A stretch of DNA of 12,406 nt, taken from Candidatus Aegiribacteria sp. GTDB lineage: Bacteria > Fermentibacterota > Fermentibacteria > Fermentibacterales > JCC-6. Numbering within the stretch: the first letter of the stretch is position 1; the number at the start of each line of letters is the position of its first letter. Shown piece by piece: positions 1-8,045 of the stretch. Where the stretch lies: NCBI GenBank assembly GCA_046498225.1, contig JAWOBF010000116.1:1-12406 (forward strand), given 5' to 3'. A program made the translations under genes and the position numbers. The notes beneath the pieces are model-generated. The model searched no databases and was not told where the DNA came from. It saw only the letters and a program-made list of their open reading frames with translations.

Positions 1-184
1 CAGCACTTCAGGGAGCACGGACTCCCCTACGGCCTACAGGATTCTCTGTCTACGCTTCGGCCATCTTGTTCGTCATCTCTCGATGACTCCGCCATGGACG
101 CAAGACTCGATACGGGCGGGTGGCCAAACCTTACCCGACGGGGACTCTCACCCCGTAAGATATGCCGAGCTTTTCCCGGCGCGC
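1..184 (-). mobile_element. Group II intron, 5' end (start of domain I); continues beyond the left edge of the window
   Basis: The minus strand from 184 reads GCGCGCCGGGAAAAGCTCGGCATATCTTACGGGGTGAGAGTCCCCGTCGGGTAAGG...CCCGTATCGAGTCTTGCG...GAAGCGTAGACAG. This is a GUGYG-like 5' end (GCGCG) followed by the ACGGGG-TGAGAGT-CCCCGT hairpin and other motifs typical of bacterial group II intron DI. The boundary is supported by the intron-free homologous site at 1784-1813 (1-nt ambiguity). Confidence 0.88.
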
Positions 185-271
185 TAGGAAAGTGGATTTA
201 ACTCCTTCCAGTCTTTTGCATCCAGAGCAGTCCATTCATCCCAATAACTCTACGATTCCTGTCTGAGACTG

Positions 272-300
272 ACCATACTGACCGAAACAGGCCTGGTCAA
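272..300 (-). promoter_or_regulatory. Putative outward-facing sigma70 promoter (Pout) of the IS end
   Basis: TTGACC-N17-TATGGT on the minus strand. An equivalent promoter sits at the identical offset in the second copy, while much of the surrounding sequence has diverged. Confidence 0.6.
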
Positions 301-387
301 ACATGCTCTCCAGCAGATCTTAGCAGACAAAAATGCATCAGGGCGTACTGCCCCCTTAGGAAGCCCGTTCGAAGTATCGAAGTATTT

Positions 388-1580
388 CTAACCGACTTCT
401 ATCTCAGGCACATCATCTTTCCAGGGAACATATTCCGCAATGGGTTCGCAGACTAGTTCCAATGATTTGGGCGGTGGTCTGGGGTCTTCCCAGAGATCCA
501 GGTGCTTCAGAATACGCCTGATAACGGAAGGCTGCTCTATGAAAGAGATGACCTTCATCTCTCCTCCGCACTTCGGGCACTTCAAGGCATCGATTTTCAG
601 ACCTTCTTCAGAAGAACTGCCCACTGCTGTCTTCTGCGCTTGGAGCAGGAAGAGCGGCTTTGAGATGAAGTGGAGTCTTCATCAGCTGGTGCCTTCGTCA
701 AAATCCCCTGCCTTCGCTCTCTCCCCCTCCATGCCTGGCTGTAGGCACCGTAGTATATGACCTGTTTGGCTCCCTTGCGTGGTATGTGAGATGTATTCCG
801 TGCAATCCAATCGAGGGGATCAGAAACATCGAAGTTCCTGGCAAGGCCGGGATGAAAATGCTCACCCCCCTGTAAAGAACTGTATCTGAGTTCTCATTGA
901 AGACCATTCTCTCCAGTGAGAACGGTGCCCTGGAAATGTATTCGCTGAGTGTCCTCCGGCCGTTATCATCGCACGCTTCTATTGGTTCGGCGCAATAGAC
1001 GCTGAAGCCGCTGTGCTTCCAGGTACGCATTTCTCCACGAGCTTCTCAGAGATCATGCTTTCATCGAGCAGCATCCTGAATACTGAGGCTGCAAAGAGTT
1101 CTTAAATGATCTTGATATCCGCTGTTCCGATCTCGGGCATTACATACTGTTTGCCCTCTCTGTCCCAGCAGGCATCGGTAATCAACGCGTGAACATGAGG
1201 ATTCCAGTTGGCCATGCCTCCGAAGGTCTGGGGCACGAGGATACCGCCGGGGAAAACATCTTTGCGATTGAGGGCTTCATGAAGAAATATTGAAAGAGAA
1301 TCCCAGGCACATCTGCAGATTTATGGTAAAAGCTTCCGGTGATGCGGGAAATGCAGCCTCAGCATCTTCGGAACACTCCACACCCAGTGCCGGTGCGGCA
1401 CCGGCCTGAAGAGTTCCTCTTCAAGAAAGACCGCCAGGTCCAGAGACTTTCTCTTGGAACATGATGGACAGAACCCCCTGCACTTGCAGGAATAGGCTCT
1501 CAGATACTCGGCGCTACATTCTTCGCACCGGATCCTCGCGAAACCGTAATGCGGATCGCCGCACTGCAGATACTTGTCAA
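388..1580 (-). pseudogene. IS91-family Y2/HUH transposase, fragmented by frameshifts and stops, N-terminus missing
   Basis: Manual translation across frames gives DKYLQCGDPHYGFARIRCEECSAEYLRAYSCK..FCPSC (Zn-binding domain), PVPHRHWVWSVP, NWNPHVHAL (HUH at 1189-1197), WKHSGFSV..EYISRAPFSLERM, YYGAYS, WAVLLKKV and CPKCGGEMKVISFI..VIRRILKHLDLW..EIEVG*. In-frame TAA codons occur at 1321-1323 and 1102-1104, with frameshifts near 1475, ~865 and ~600. Confidence 0.92.
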
Positions 1581-1783
1581 GGAGGACCTAAGGTGGATAG
1601 AGATGGCCGGGGAGGAGTACCTTCCCGCCACCGGAACGGCCGGCGGCGGTTCCGGGTTCGTCAGGGTCTGCTGCTGGCTTCTTCCCGCGCTGATAATGCT
1701 GTCCGCCGCCGGTGCCTTCTTCAGCAGGATACTGGCCCTTGCCGCCGCAGCCGGCGGCCTGGCCTGCCTGGCTGTCATCTACA

Positions 1784-1994
1784 AGCAATAGGAAACTGGA
1801 TTTCACCCCTTCCGTGAATTGCTCGGTGAGCATGGTTCATGATCAACATTTTCACTAATCTCAGTGCTTGATTGCAGAATACTGAAGCAGATACGACCGG
1901 TCAAGCATGGATCAAGCCTGAACCGAAACAAAACTATGCCCGTGAGATATACCTGCCCAATAAGATCAGGATCTCATTCACCCAACCTCTATCT
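1784..1994 (-). mobile_element. 211-bp origin-end fragment of a related IS91-family element, intron-free
   Basis: 1789-1813 TAGGAAACTGGATTTCACCCCTTCC matches 185-209 TAGGAAAGTGGATTTAACTCCTTCC at 22/25 positions. The ATACTGA-N13-GGTCAA block lies at the same 90-nt offset. The minus strand at 1978-1992 encodes IEVG*, the same last residues as the transposase ending at 388. Excision restores the host frame. Confidence 0.85.
1876..1904 (-). promoter_or_regulatory. Putative outward-facing sigma70 promoter (Pout) in the second IS end
   Basis: TTGACC-N17-TATTCT on the minus strand, positionally equivalent to 272-300. Confidence 0.62.
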
Positions 1995-2094
1995 ATGAAA
2001 GCCTGGGCTATCCCTTTACCGGATTCAGGGTGGTTGCCACGGGAGCCCCTGAAAGTATTATTCAGGAAGACCATAATCGGACGGAGATGGAAAG

Positions 2095-3828
2095 ATGAAC
2101 AGAACCATACCAGGCGGTCCGTTGAATCCAGTTCCCGAAATGCCCAGCATCCCGGAGATGATACACAGAACCGCCAGCAGGATCCCGGACACCATCGCAG
2201 TGCGTGAACCCCTCGATCCGGGCAAGTTTCGCTCCATCACCTATTCACACCTCGCCGACCACATGGACTGGCTTGCCAGGGGGATACTGGAAATGAACCC
2301 GGAACCAGTGGTGGGCATAGTGGGAAGGAACAGCATATCCTGGTACACCGCCTATCTGGCCACCATGAGATCTGGTGGAATTGTGGTCCCCATCGACCCC
2401 GCCCTTCCCGAGGCGGACATGCATACCATCCTGCATTACTCCGGAACCAACATCATCTTCCACGACACCGAATTCACCGACTGGTTCCAGGGGCTGAAGG
2501 ATGTTCAGTCCGTTACCATGAACTCCGGCTTCGATGATGCGAAAACCACATTCAAGGGTGTTCTCAGGAGCGGCAGGTTAAGCAAGGGAGAGCTTCCGGC
2601 CTCCTACGACGTCCACAGGGTGGCGGTGATAAGCTACACCTCAGGCACCACCGGCACCGCCAAGGGCGTGATGCACTCCCAGAACTCCATACTCACCAAT
2701 GTGAAGCAGATCATCAACTTCGTGAACCTTGATGAAGCCGATACCTTTCTCAGCGTCCTTCCCGTGCATCACATGTACGAGGGCACAGCAGGTTTCCTTC
2801 TGCCTCTGTCCATGGGGGCCCAGATAGCCATCGTCCATGGTCTCCGCTACATCGCCGACGACCTTGTCACCACCGGGGCCACGGTGGTCCTGGCGGTTCC
2901 CCTTGTCTGGGAAACCATGTACCGCAGGATAATGGACAAGATACGGAGCGGCAGCCTGGGCAAGGCCAGGCTCGGTTTCGGCATGGCGGTCTCCGCCGCC
3001 GGGGAAAAGATCGGAATGAAGGGGCTCAGGAAGAAGGTCTTCGGCAAGGTCCACGAAAAGTTCGGAGGCAGGCTGAGGCTACTGATTTCAGGCGGGGCCG
3101 GCATAGACCCCGTGGTGGTGGAGGGGTTCGAAAAACTCGGGTTCAAGGTCCTCCAGGGCTACGGCCTCACCGAAACAGCCCCTATCATCAGCGTGAACAG
3201 GATAAATGCAAACAGGTACGGAAGTGTCGGGCCGGTCCTCCACGGAATGGAATGCAGGATAGACGAGCCCGACGGCACCGGCACCGGAGAGATAGTGGTA
3301 CGGGGCCCCAATGTGATGCTGGGCTACTACGGCGACCCCGAGGCCACGGCGAAGGTGCTCTCCGATGACGGCTGGTTCCGCACCGGCGACTACGGCTACG
3401 TGGACCCCGAGGGCTTCCTCTTCATCACAGGCAGGAAGAAGAACGTCATCATAGCCAAGAACGGCAAGAACATCTACCCTGAAGAGATCGAAACAAGGCT
3501 GAACAGGTTCAGGCACATCAGGGAGTGCGTTGTCTTCGGCAAGGCCTCGGAAACCAAGGGCGAGGAGATATTCGTTCTGGTGGTCCCCGACCGCGACCTC
3601 CTCATCGAAGAGGCCGAGAGCCAGGGCAGGAAGATCACCGTTGAAGACGAGGTCCAGGCCATCCGCGACGCCGTCAAGCGGTACAACGCCAAATCCGAGA
3701 TACACAAGAGGATAGCGGGTTTCCTCATCTCCGAGGACGAGCTTCCGAAAACCACAACGAAAAAGATAAAGAGGAACACCGCCCTGAAGGAAGCCGGCGT
3801 GACCCCCGGCCGGATCTTCAAAGCCTGA
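2095..3828 (+). CDS. Long-chain fatty acid-CoA ligase (AMP-binding enzyme, FadD-like)
   Basis: 577 aa with adenylate-forming motifs YTSGTTGTAKG, GYGLTETAP, WFRTGDYG, GRKKNVII and LPKTTTKK. Confidence 0.93.
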   Translation: MNRTIPGGPLNPVPEMPSIPEMIHRTASRIPDTIAVREPLDPGKFRSITYSHLADHMDWLARGILEMNPEPVVGIVGRNSISWYTAYLATMRSGGIVVPIDPALPEADMHTILHYSGTNIIFHDTEFTDWFQGLKDVQSVTMNSGFDDAKTTFKGVLRSGRLSKGELPASYDVHRVAVISYTSGTTGTAKGVMHSQNSILTNVKQIINFVNLDEADTFLSVLPVHHMYEGTAGFLLPLSMGAQIAIVHGLRYIADDLVTTGATVVLAVPLVWETMYRRIMDKIRSGSLGKARLGFGMAVSAAGEKIGMKGLRKKVFGKVHEKFGGRLRLLISGGAGIDPVVVEGFEKLGFKVLQGYGLTETAPIISVNRINANRYGSVGPVLHGMECRIDEPDGTGTGEIVVRGPNVMLGYYGDPEATAKVLSDDGWFRTGDYGYVDPEGFLFITGRKKNVIIAKNGKNIYPEEIETRLNRFRHIRECVVFGKASETKGEEIFVLVVPDRDLLIEEAESQGRKITVEDEVQAIRDAVKRYNAKSEIHKRIAGFLISEDELPKTTTKKIKRNTALKEAGVTPGRIFKA

Positions 3829-3835
3829 CCCCGGT

Positions 3836-5266
3836 ATGGCGGGACGCAGGGCTAACAGCGCGTACATGCTCCTGGGGCAGATAGTCGGCAAGGCCGGGCT
3901 GTTCGCTTCCCTGATGATCTATTCCAGGATATTCACCGACGGTGAGTTCGGTGAACTGCTATTCGCCGTGGCGATCTCCCTTATTCTGTTCTTTCTCTCT
4001 GATATGGGAGCTTCACTGATAACCACCAGACGACTGGTGATACCCCTTAAGACCGATGAGTACCTTTCTTCCGCTCTTACGCTGAGAACCATGCTCACCG
4101 CGCTGAGCGTTGTTGTTCTATCTGTTGTCGCATGGACAGCGGGGTATTCGGACACACAGACGAAGCTGCTCTTCCTGGTCTTTTCGGGTTTTGTACTCGA
4201 CGGGTATTTCGAGACATTTTACGCCCTTTTCCGGGCGAGGGACAGAATGGTGTTCGAAGGGATGGCAAGATCACTCCAGGGTCTTCTGGCGGTTGTTCTG
4301 GCCCTGATGATAAAGGAAAGGGGGCTCGGACATCTCTGGGCAGGGGCATCATACCCCATCCGCTCCGTGCTGCCCTTCATCCTCTGTCTGGCCGCCTCGA
4401 TCAGAATGGCAGGCTGGAGGTATCTTCGCCCTGCAGGTGTTTCCAATGCCATGGTGCTCCTCAGGAACTCCCTTCCCCTGGGTTTGATGGGTTTCATCCT
4501 CGTGGCCGCCCAGCGTTTTGACAACACCCTTGTTAAGGCCGTCCTCTCCGACTCGGCGGTTGCCGCATGGCAGCAGTGCTACCGAATGTTCGAACCTATG
4601 GTGCTTCTGGTGGCGCCAACCCTCCTGCCCGGCGCTCTCTTCGCCGATCTCTGCCGGGCTGAAACCGCGGGCTGGCCCAGGGTGAGGGAGCGAATAAAAT
4701 GGATGACCGAGGTGTTCACGGTCATGGCCTTTCTGATAGTCATACCGTTCTTCTTTCTGGGAACGGATATACTGAGAGTGGTCTGGGGGGGTGATTACCT
4801 AAGGAACCTGTCATACATGGAAGTGCGGAACTCTCTGCGGGTTCTCATGCTGGGTCTGCCGGTCACCTATGTGTTCCATATCTTCCTTGCGGTGATACTG
4901 GCCCAGGGCAGACAGAAGCGAGTCCTTCTCCCGGCGGCGGTATCCTTCGTGATACAGGTGACGGGTCTGTATCTGTTCCTGGAAAGTTACGGCATTGTCG
5001 CCGCCGCGTTGATGCAGCTCATTTTCATCTCAGCGCTGACCCTCTGGCTCGGATTCAAAGCCTTCAGGATACACGGGTCCACCGGATTCGCGGCCGGTGT
5101 TGCCAGGCCTCTCCTGGCAACTGTTCCATTCATCCTCTCGATGACACTGCTTGAAGAGTCTCCTGTGATTGCCACCGGGGTTTCCCTTGCTGGATTTCTC
5201 TGTGTCTGGCTGTTAACAGGCGGGGGAAAGGCCGTGACCAATCCCCCGCTATCTCTGAAGGGCTAG
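3836..5266 (+). CDS. Oligosaccharide/polysaccharide flippase (Wzx, MOP superfamily)
   Basis: 476 aa with roughly 12-14 hydrophobic segments. The N-terminus NSAYMLLGQIVGK..YSRIFTDGEFG..SDMG and the RFDNTLV segment follow the Wzx pattern. Confidence 0.85.
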   Translation: MAGRRANSAYMLLGQIVGKAGLFASLMIYSRIFTDGEFGELLFAVAISLILFFLSDMGASLITTRRLVIPLKTDEYLSSALTLRTMLTALSVVVLSVVAWTAGYSDTQTKLLFLVFSGFVLDGYFETFYALFRARDRMVFEGMARSLQGLLAVVLALMIKERGLGHLWAGASYPIRSVLPFILCLAASIRMAGWRYLRPAGVSNAMVLLRNSLPLGLMGFILVAAQRFDNTLVKAVLSDSAVAAWQQCYRMFEPMVLLVAPTLLPGALFADLCRAETAGWPRVRERIKWMTEVFTVMAFLIVIPFFFLGTDILRVVWGGDYLRNLSYMEVRNSLRVLMLGLPVTYVFHIFLAVILAQGRQKRVLLPAAVSFVIQVTGLYLFLESYGIVAAALMQLIFISALTLWLGFKAFRIHGSTGFAAGVARPLLATVPFILSMTLLEESPVIATGVSLAGFLCVWLLTGGGKAVTNPPLSLKG

Positions 5267-5267
5267 T

Positions 5268-6443
5268 TCAGCTTCTGACAGAAAGCCCAAAAATCAGCCG
5301 TTCCATGCCTGAAGCCAGAAGCTGGGGAAAACGCTTGAAGAAAGGCTGATGAACGGTTTTCACCGAAGCTCTGCCTGTCTTTCGGCTTTCGATAACGCAG
5401 TACATGAAGTGGGAGATACCCTTTTCCCTCTGCAGAGCGAGGTCGAGCTTCAGATTTGTGTATTTCCAGGCGTGGAGGATAATTGACAGTCCGTGTTTTT
5501 CCGCGATCGGCAGAAGGTTCTCCCTTAGGATGTCCCTGCCCTGTATGATCGGCGAACCGGCCAGAACGGCTGAATAGCCTCCATTGTTCAGACGGGAACC
5601 CAGCCCTTCCATGATCCTCAATGGAATATCGAGCCCCAGCTCGCCGCCGCCGAAAGCATCCATGTTCCTGGCTGAAACGCTTTCGGTGGGCATTGGTACA
5701 TATGGCGGATTCGCGATGATGACATCGAATGAACCCTGAACATTTTCATACAAGTCCGATTGGATGATCTCAATACTCCCGATGTCATTGATATGTCTGG
5801 AAGCTTCGGCATAGGCTACCGCTCTGGGATTGAGTTCAGCCGCTGTAATGCTCTCGCTTCTGTCCAGCATGTTGTAGGACTGAATTGAAGTTCCGGCGCA
5901 GAGGTCAAGGGCCCTGCGGGCCTTGAAGCCCCCTTCGAGACGGCGGTGGACGAAATCAGTGAGCAGGGTAGAATCCCCCCCGAGATATACATAGAAGTCC
6001 GTTCCCCGCCGGGCTCCCTCGTCGGGGTCGGACAGAAACAGAAAGTTCCGCCAGGGAACGAATCTGACCGTGCTGAGAATGCGGTCATTCTCAGAGACCG
6101 CGATTCCAGCCTCCAGCAGCTCATTCAGAAGATCCTTGCCCAGAAGGGATTCACACCCAGGCCCGGGGACGGGTCTGTTAAGGAAGAACAGCCTGTAGGC
6201 AGTCTTCAGCCTTTCTTTACCCCTGAGGAATCTGTCTGCCAGGAAGTCCGGCATTGCGGTGGGTTCAAAACAGTAACCTGTTCTGTCCGGCAGATGGAAC
6301 AGCCTGTGGAGTTCAAGGATCATCTTCCATTTGGGGCGTCTCAGAGAAGGAATGCTCTGGGTGGAAGCATAGCCCGTTTCCCGGAGGACCGATGCGGTCC
6401 GCCGGAGAACAGCCGTGCGGGTGAGTATTTCGTCTGGATTCAT
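5268..6443 (-). CDS. Class I SAM-dependent methyltransferase (HemK/PrmC-like NPPY family)
   Basis: Motifs ALDLCAGTS, AAELNPRA, SDLYE and DVIIANPPY. I placed the start at the ATG at 6443 rather than 6623, because the longer ORF overlaps the divergent gene's leader and a promoter-like element lies just upstream of 6443. Confidence 0.82.
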   Translation of the reverse strand: MNPDEILTRTAVLRRTASVLRETGYASTQSIPSLRRPKWKMILELHRLFHLPDRTGYCFEPTAMPDFLADRFLRGKERLKTAYRLFFLNRPVPGPGCESLLGKDLLNELLEAGIAVSENDRILSTVRFVPWRNFLFLSDPDEGARRGTDFYVYLGGDSTLLTDFVHRRLEGGFKARRALDLCAGTSIQSYNMLDRSESITAAELNPRAVAYAEASRHINDIGSIEIIQSDLYENVQGSFDVIIANPPYVPMPTESVSARNMDAFGGGELGLDIPLRIMEGLGSRLNNGGYSAVLAGSPIIQGRDILRENLLPIAEKHGLSIILHAWKYTNLKLDLALQREKGISHFMYCVIESRKTGRASVKTVHQPFFKRFPQLLASGMERLIFGLSVRS

Positions 6444-6449
6444 CGGCGG

Positions 6450-6479
6450 AATATACTTGCCGTCCTCACCGGCGGACAA
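6450..6479 (-). promoter_or_regulatory. Putative promoter for a leaderless methyltransferase mRNA
   Basis: TTGTCC-N18-TATATT, followed 6 nt later by ATG, with no Shine-Dalgarno sequence at normal spacing. Confidence 0.45.
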
Positions 6480-6569
6480 CGGCTTCAGGCGGCTCTGCAT
6501 GGCGGAAAGCTCCCGCTGCGGTTTTTGTCCTCCGGGAACAAAACCCGTCATCCCGGTGTCTGACAGACT

Positions 6570-6598
6570 GTGACAAAAGCCGGCGAATGGGCTATCTT
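6570..6598 (+). promoter_or_regulatory. Putative promoter of the radical SAM gene
   Basis: GTGACA-N17-TATCTT upstream of an AAGGAG ribosome-binding site and GTG at 6625. Confidence 0.4.
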
Positions 6599-6624
6599 TC
6601 ATGTTCCCGCAGGTAAGGAGCATA

Positions 6625-8043
6625 GTGAAAACAGCGCTAGTTTATCCCAGGTTCAAGTGGTTCGAGTACAACGGGCTGGCGGAACCCCTGGGCGTTTTGC
6701 ATCTGGTGAGTTCCCTCAGGAACTCCGGACACACGCCGGTGTATCTCGACTACTCGTTCTGTTCTGAAATAGAGGAGCTGGATCACCTTGTCAGCGGATG
6801 CGGGATCGTTGCCGTGGCCATATCCGCCGCCGCCAAGCTGGAAAGGGCCTCCTTCGTTCTGAAACACCTCAGGACCGTTGTTCCCGATGCCCTCTTCGTT
6901 GTGGGGGGTGCGTATCCCAGCATTTTTCCCGGGCATTCCATCGAAGGGACCGGTGCGGACTGTGCGCTGGTGGGTGAGGCCGAGGAATCCATAGTCGAGC
7001 TGGCGGGCAGGCTTGACAGGGGAGAGGACCATCTCTCGATGGAGAACCTGGCCTATTTCGATTCCCGGGGAGAACTCGTTCAGAATCCAAGAAGACCGGT
7101 CAACGGCAGCATAGACACCATTCCCTTCCCGGCAAGGGATGTGGTGGATTACGATTCCTACCTGGCCCACGGAATGGCCGAGTACGGCATGGTGACCACC
7201 CGGGGATGCCCCTTCAAGTGCATATACTGCAAGCCAAGCACCGACATGATATACGGCGGCGGCATCAGATACCGCTCGGCCATGAATGTGGTGGAGGAGA
7301 TAGCAGAACTGGCCTCCCTGAGGAAAACCGATTCCCTGCGGATATTCTTCAAGGACGACACCATAACAATGCATCCGGTGAAATGGTTCGAGGAGTTCAG
7401 GGACCTTCTGAGGAACGCCGGGATCAAGCTGGAGTGGCACTGCAACAGCCGTGTGGACACAGTTACCAGGGACAAGGTAAGGGTCATGAAGGAGAGCGGA
7501 TGCCACTGCATTTCCTTCGGTGTGGAGAGCGGCAGCCAGAAGATCCTGGATTTCTACAGGAAGGGAACCACCCCCGAGCAGGCCATCAGCGCCTTCAACT
7601 GGTGCCACGAGTTCAGGGTGGAGGCCACCGCCAACCTTATGATAGGGTTCCCCATGGAAACCGACGAAGACCTCAGGCTCACCTACGAGCTTCTGAAGAA
7701 GCTGAAGCCCGACGACATCATAGTTTATTTTTCCACCGCCATCCCCGGCAGGTACATACACGACTGGGCGGTTGAGAACGGCTACCTCGCCTCGGATACC
7801 AATCCCGAGCTCCTTGACCCCGCCAGGAACAGGGCACACGAGGTGATGAACATGAGGCTACCCAACATGACCGTCGAGGATGTCATAGGCTGGAAGCACA
7901 AGATCGAGAAGTACAGAAGCTGGAGAAAGGTAACCAGTTTCTCCAACATCCGCAGATGGGCCGGGGAGCTTGTCTCACAGCCAGGTCAGGCCGTTGGCAA
8001 GGCCAGGCGTGTGCTGCGGGGTTTTTCCGGCCGTGGAGACTGA
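6625..8043 (+). CDS. Cobalamin-binding radical SAM protein (class B methyltransferase-like)
   Basis: N-terminal B12-binding domain (KTALVYP..PLGVLHLVSSL..VVGGAYPS..GEAE), then RGCPFKCIYC (CxxxCxxC), GVESGSQKIL and MIGFPMET. The GTG start follows TAAGGAG; the ORF track starts at 6601. Confidence 0.92.
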   Translation: MKTALVYPRFKWFEYNGLAEPLGVLHLVSSLRNSGHTPVYLDYSFCSEIEELDHLVSGCGIVAVAISAAAKLERASFVLKHLRTVVPDALFVVGGAYPSIFPGHSIEGTGADCALVGEAEESIVELAGRLDRGEDHLSMENLAYFDSRGELVQNPRRPVNGSIDTIPFPARDVVDYDSYLAHGMAEYGMVTTRGCPFKCIYCKPSTDMIYGGGIRYRSAMNVVEEIAELASLRKTDSLRIFFKDDTITMHPVKWFEEFRDLLRNAGIKLEWHCNSRVDTVTRDKVRVMKESGCHCISFGVESGSQKILDFYRKGTTPEQAISAFNWCHEFRVEATANLMIGFPMETDEDLRLTYELLKKLKPDDIIVYFSTAIPGRYIHDWAVENGYLASDTNPELLDPARNRAHEVMNMRLPNMTVEDVIGWKHKIEKYRSWRKVTSFSNIRRWAGELVSQPGQAVGKARRVLRGFSGRGD

Positions 8044-8045
8044 CC

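Larger units (their letters stand above)
185..1580 (-). mobile_element. IS91-family rolling-circle element: origin-side end present, 5'-truncated and degenerate
   Basis: Contains the transposase pseudogene (388-1580) plus a ~200-bp non-coding tail ending in ...CACTTTCCTA, which resembles the TTCCTAT motif of IS91/ISCR oriIS ends. The tail is collinear with the second copy at 1789-1994. The boundary near 1580 is approximate. Confidence 0.82.
1579..2098 (+). pseudogene. 3' part of an unidentified membrane-protein gene, cut at ~1580 by the IS and interrupted by the 1784-1994 insertion
   Basis: Removing 1784-1994 restores one frame: KEDLRWIEMAGEEYLP..CWLLPALIMLSAAGAFFSRILALAAAAGGLACLAVIY-NESLGYPFTGFRVVATGAPESIIQEDHNRTEMER*. 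It has two hydrophobic segments, and its TGA (2096-2098) overlaps the ATG of the next gene (ATGA coupling). Confidence 0.72.

Noticed and set aside
185..215. attC site or rho-independent terminator as the intron target
   Set aside because: There are no RYYYAAC/GTTRRRY boxes and no strong stem with a U-tract. The homology with 1789-1813 and the position downstream of the transposase fit an IS end.
388..1030. ORFs 388-624 and 698-1030 as separate genes
   Set aside because: They are consecutive fragments of one decayed transposase.
1549..1791. 80-aa ORF as a standalone small membrane protein
   Set aside because: It is a chimera: the start comes from antisense transposase sequence and the stop from the inserted IS end.
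2024..2066. Apparent promoter TTGCCA-N16-TATTAT and inverted repeats (CCTGAA-N7-TTCAGG) before the ligase gene
   Set aside because: They lie within the restored coding tail of the upstream membrane gene, which is coupled to the ligase start, so they are probably coincidental.
1872..2207. 111-aa ORF
   Set aside because: It spans the non-coding IS tail and runs out of frame over two host genes.
6637..7839. Long antisense ORFs (also 3088-3891, 9986-10759, 5946-6563, 8169-8846)
   Set aside because: They are shadows of GC-rich genes on the opposite strand and have no recognisable motifs.
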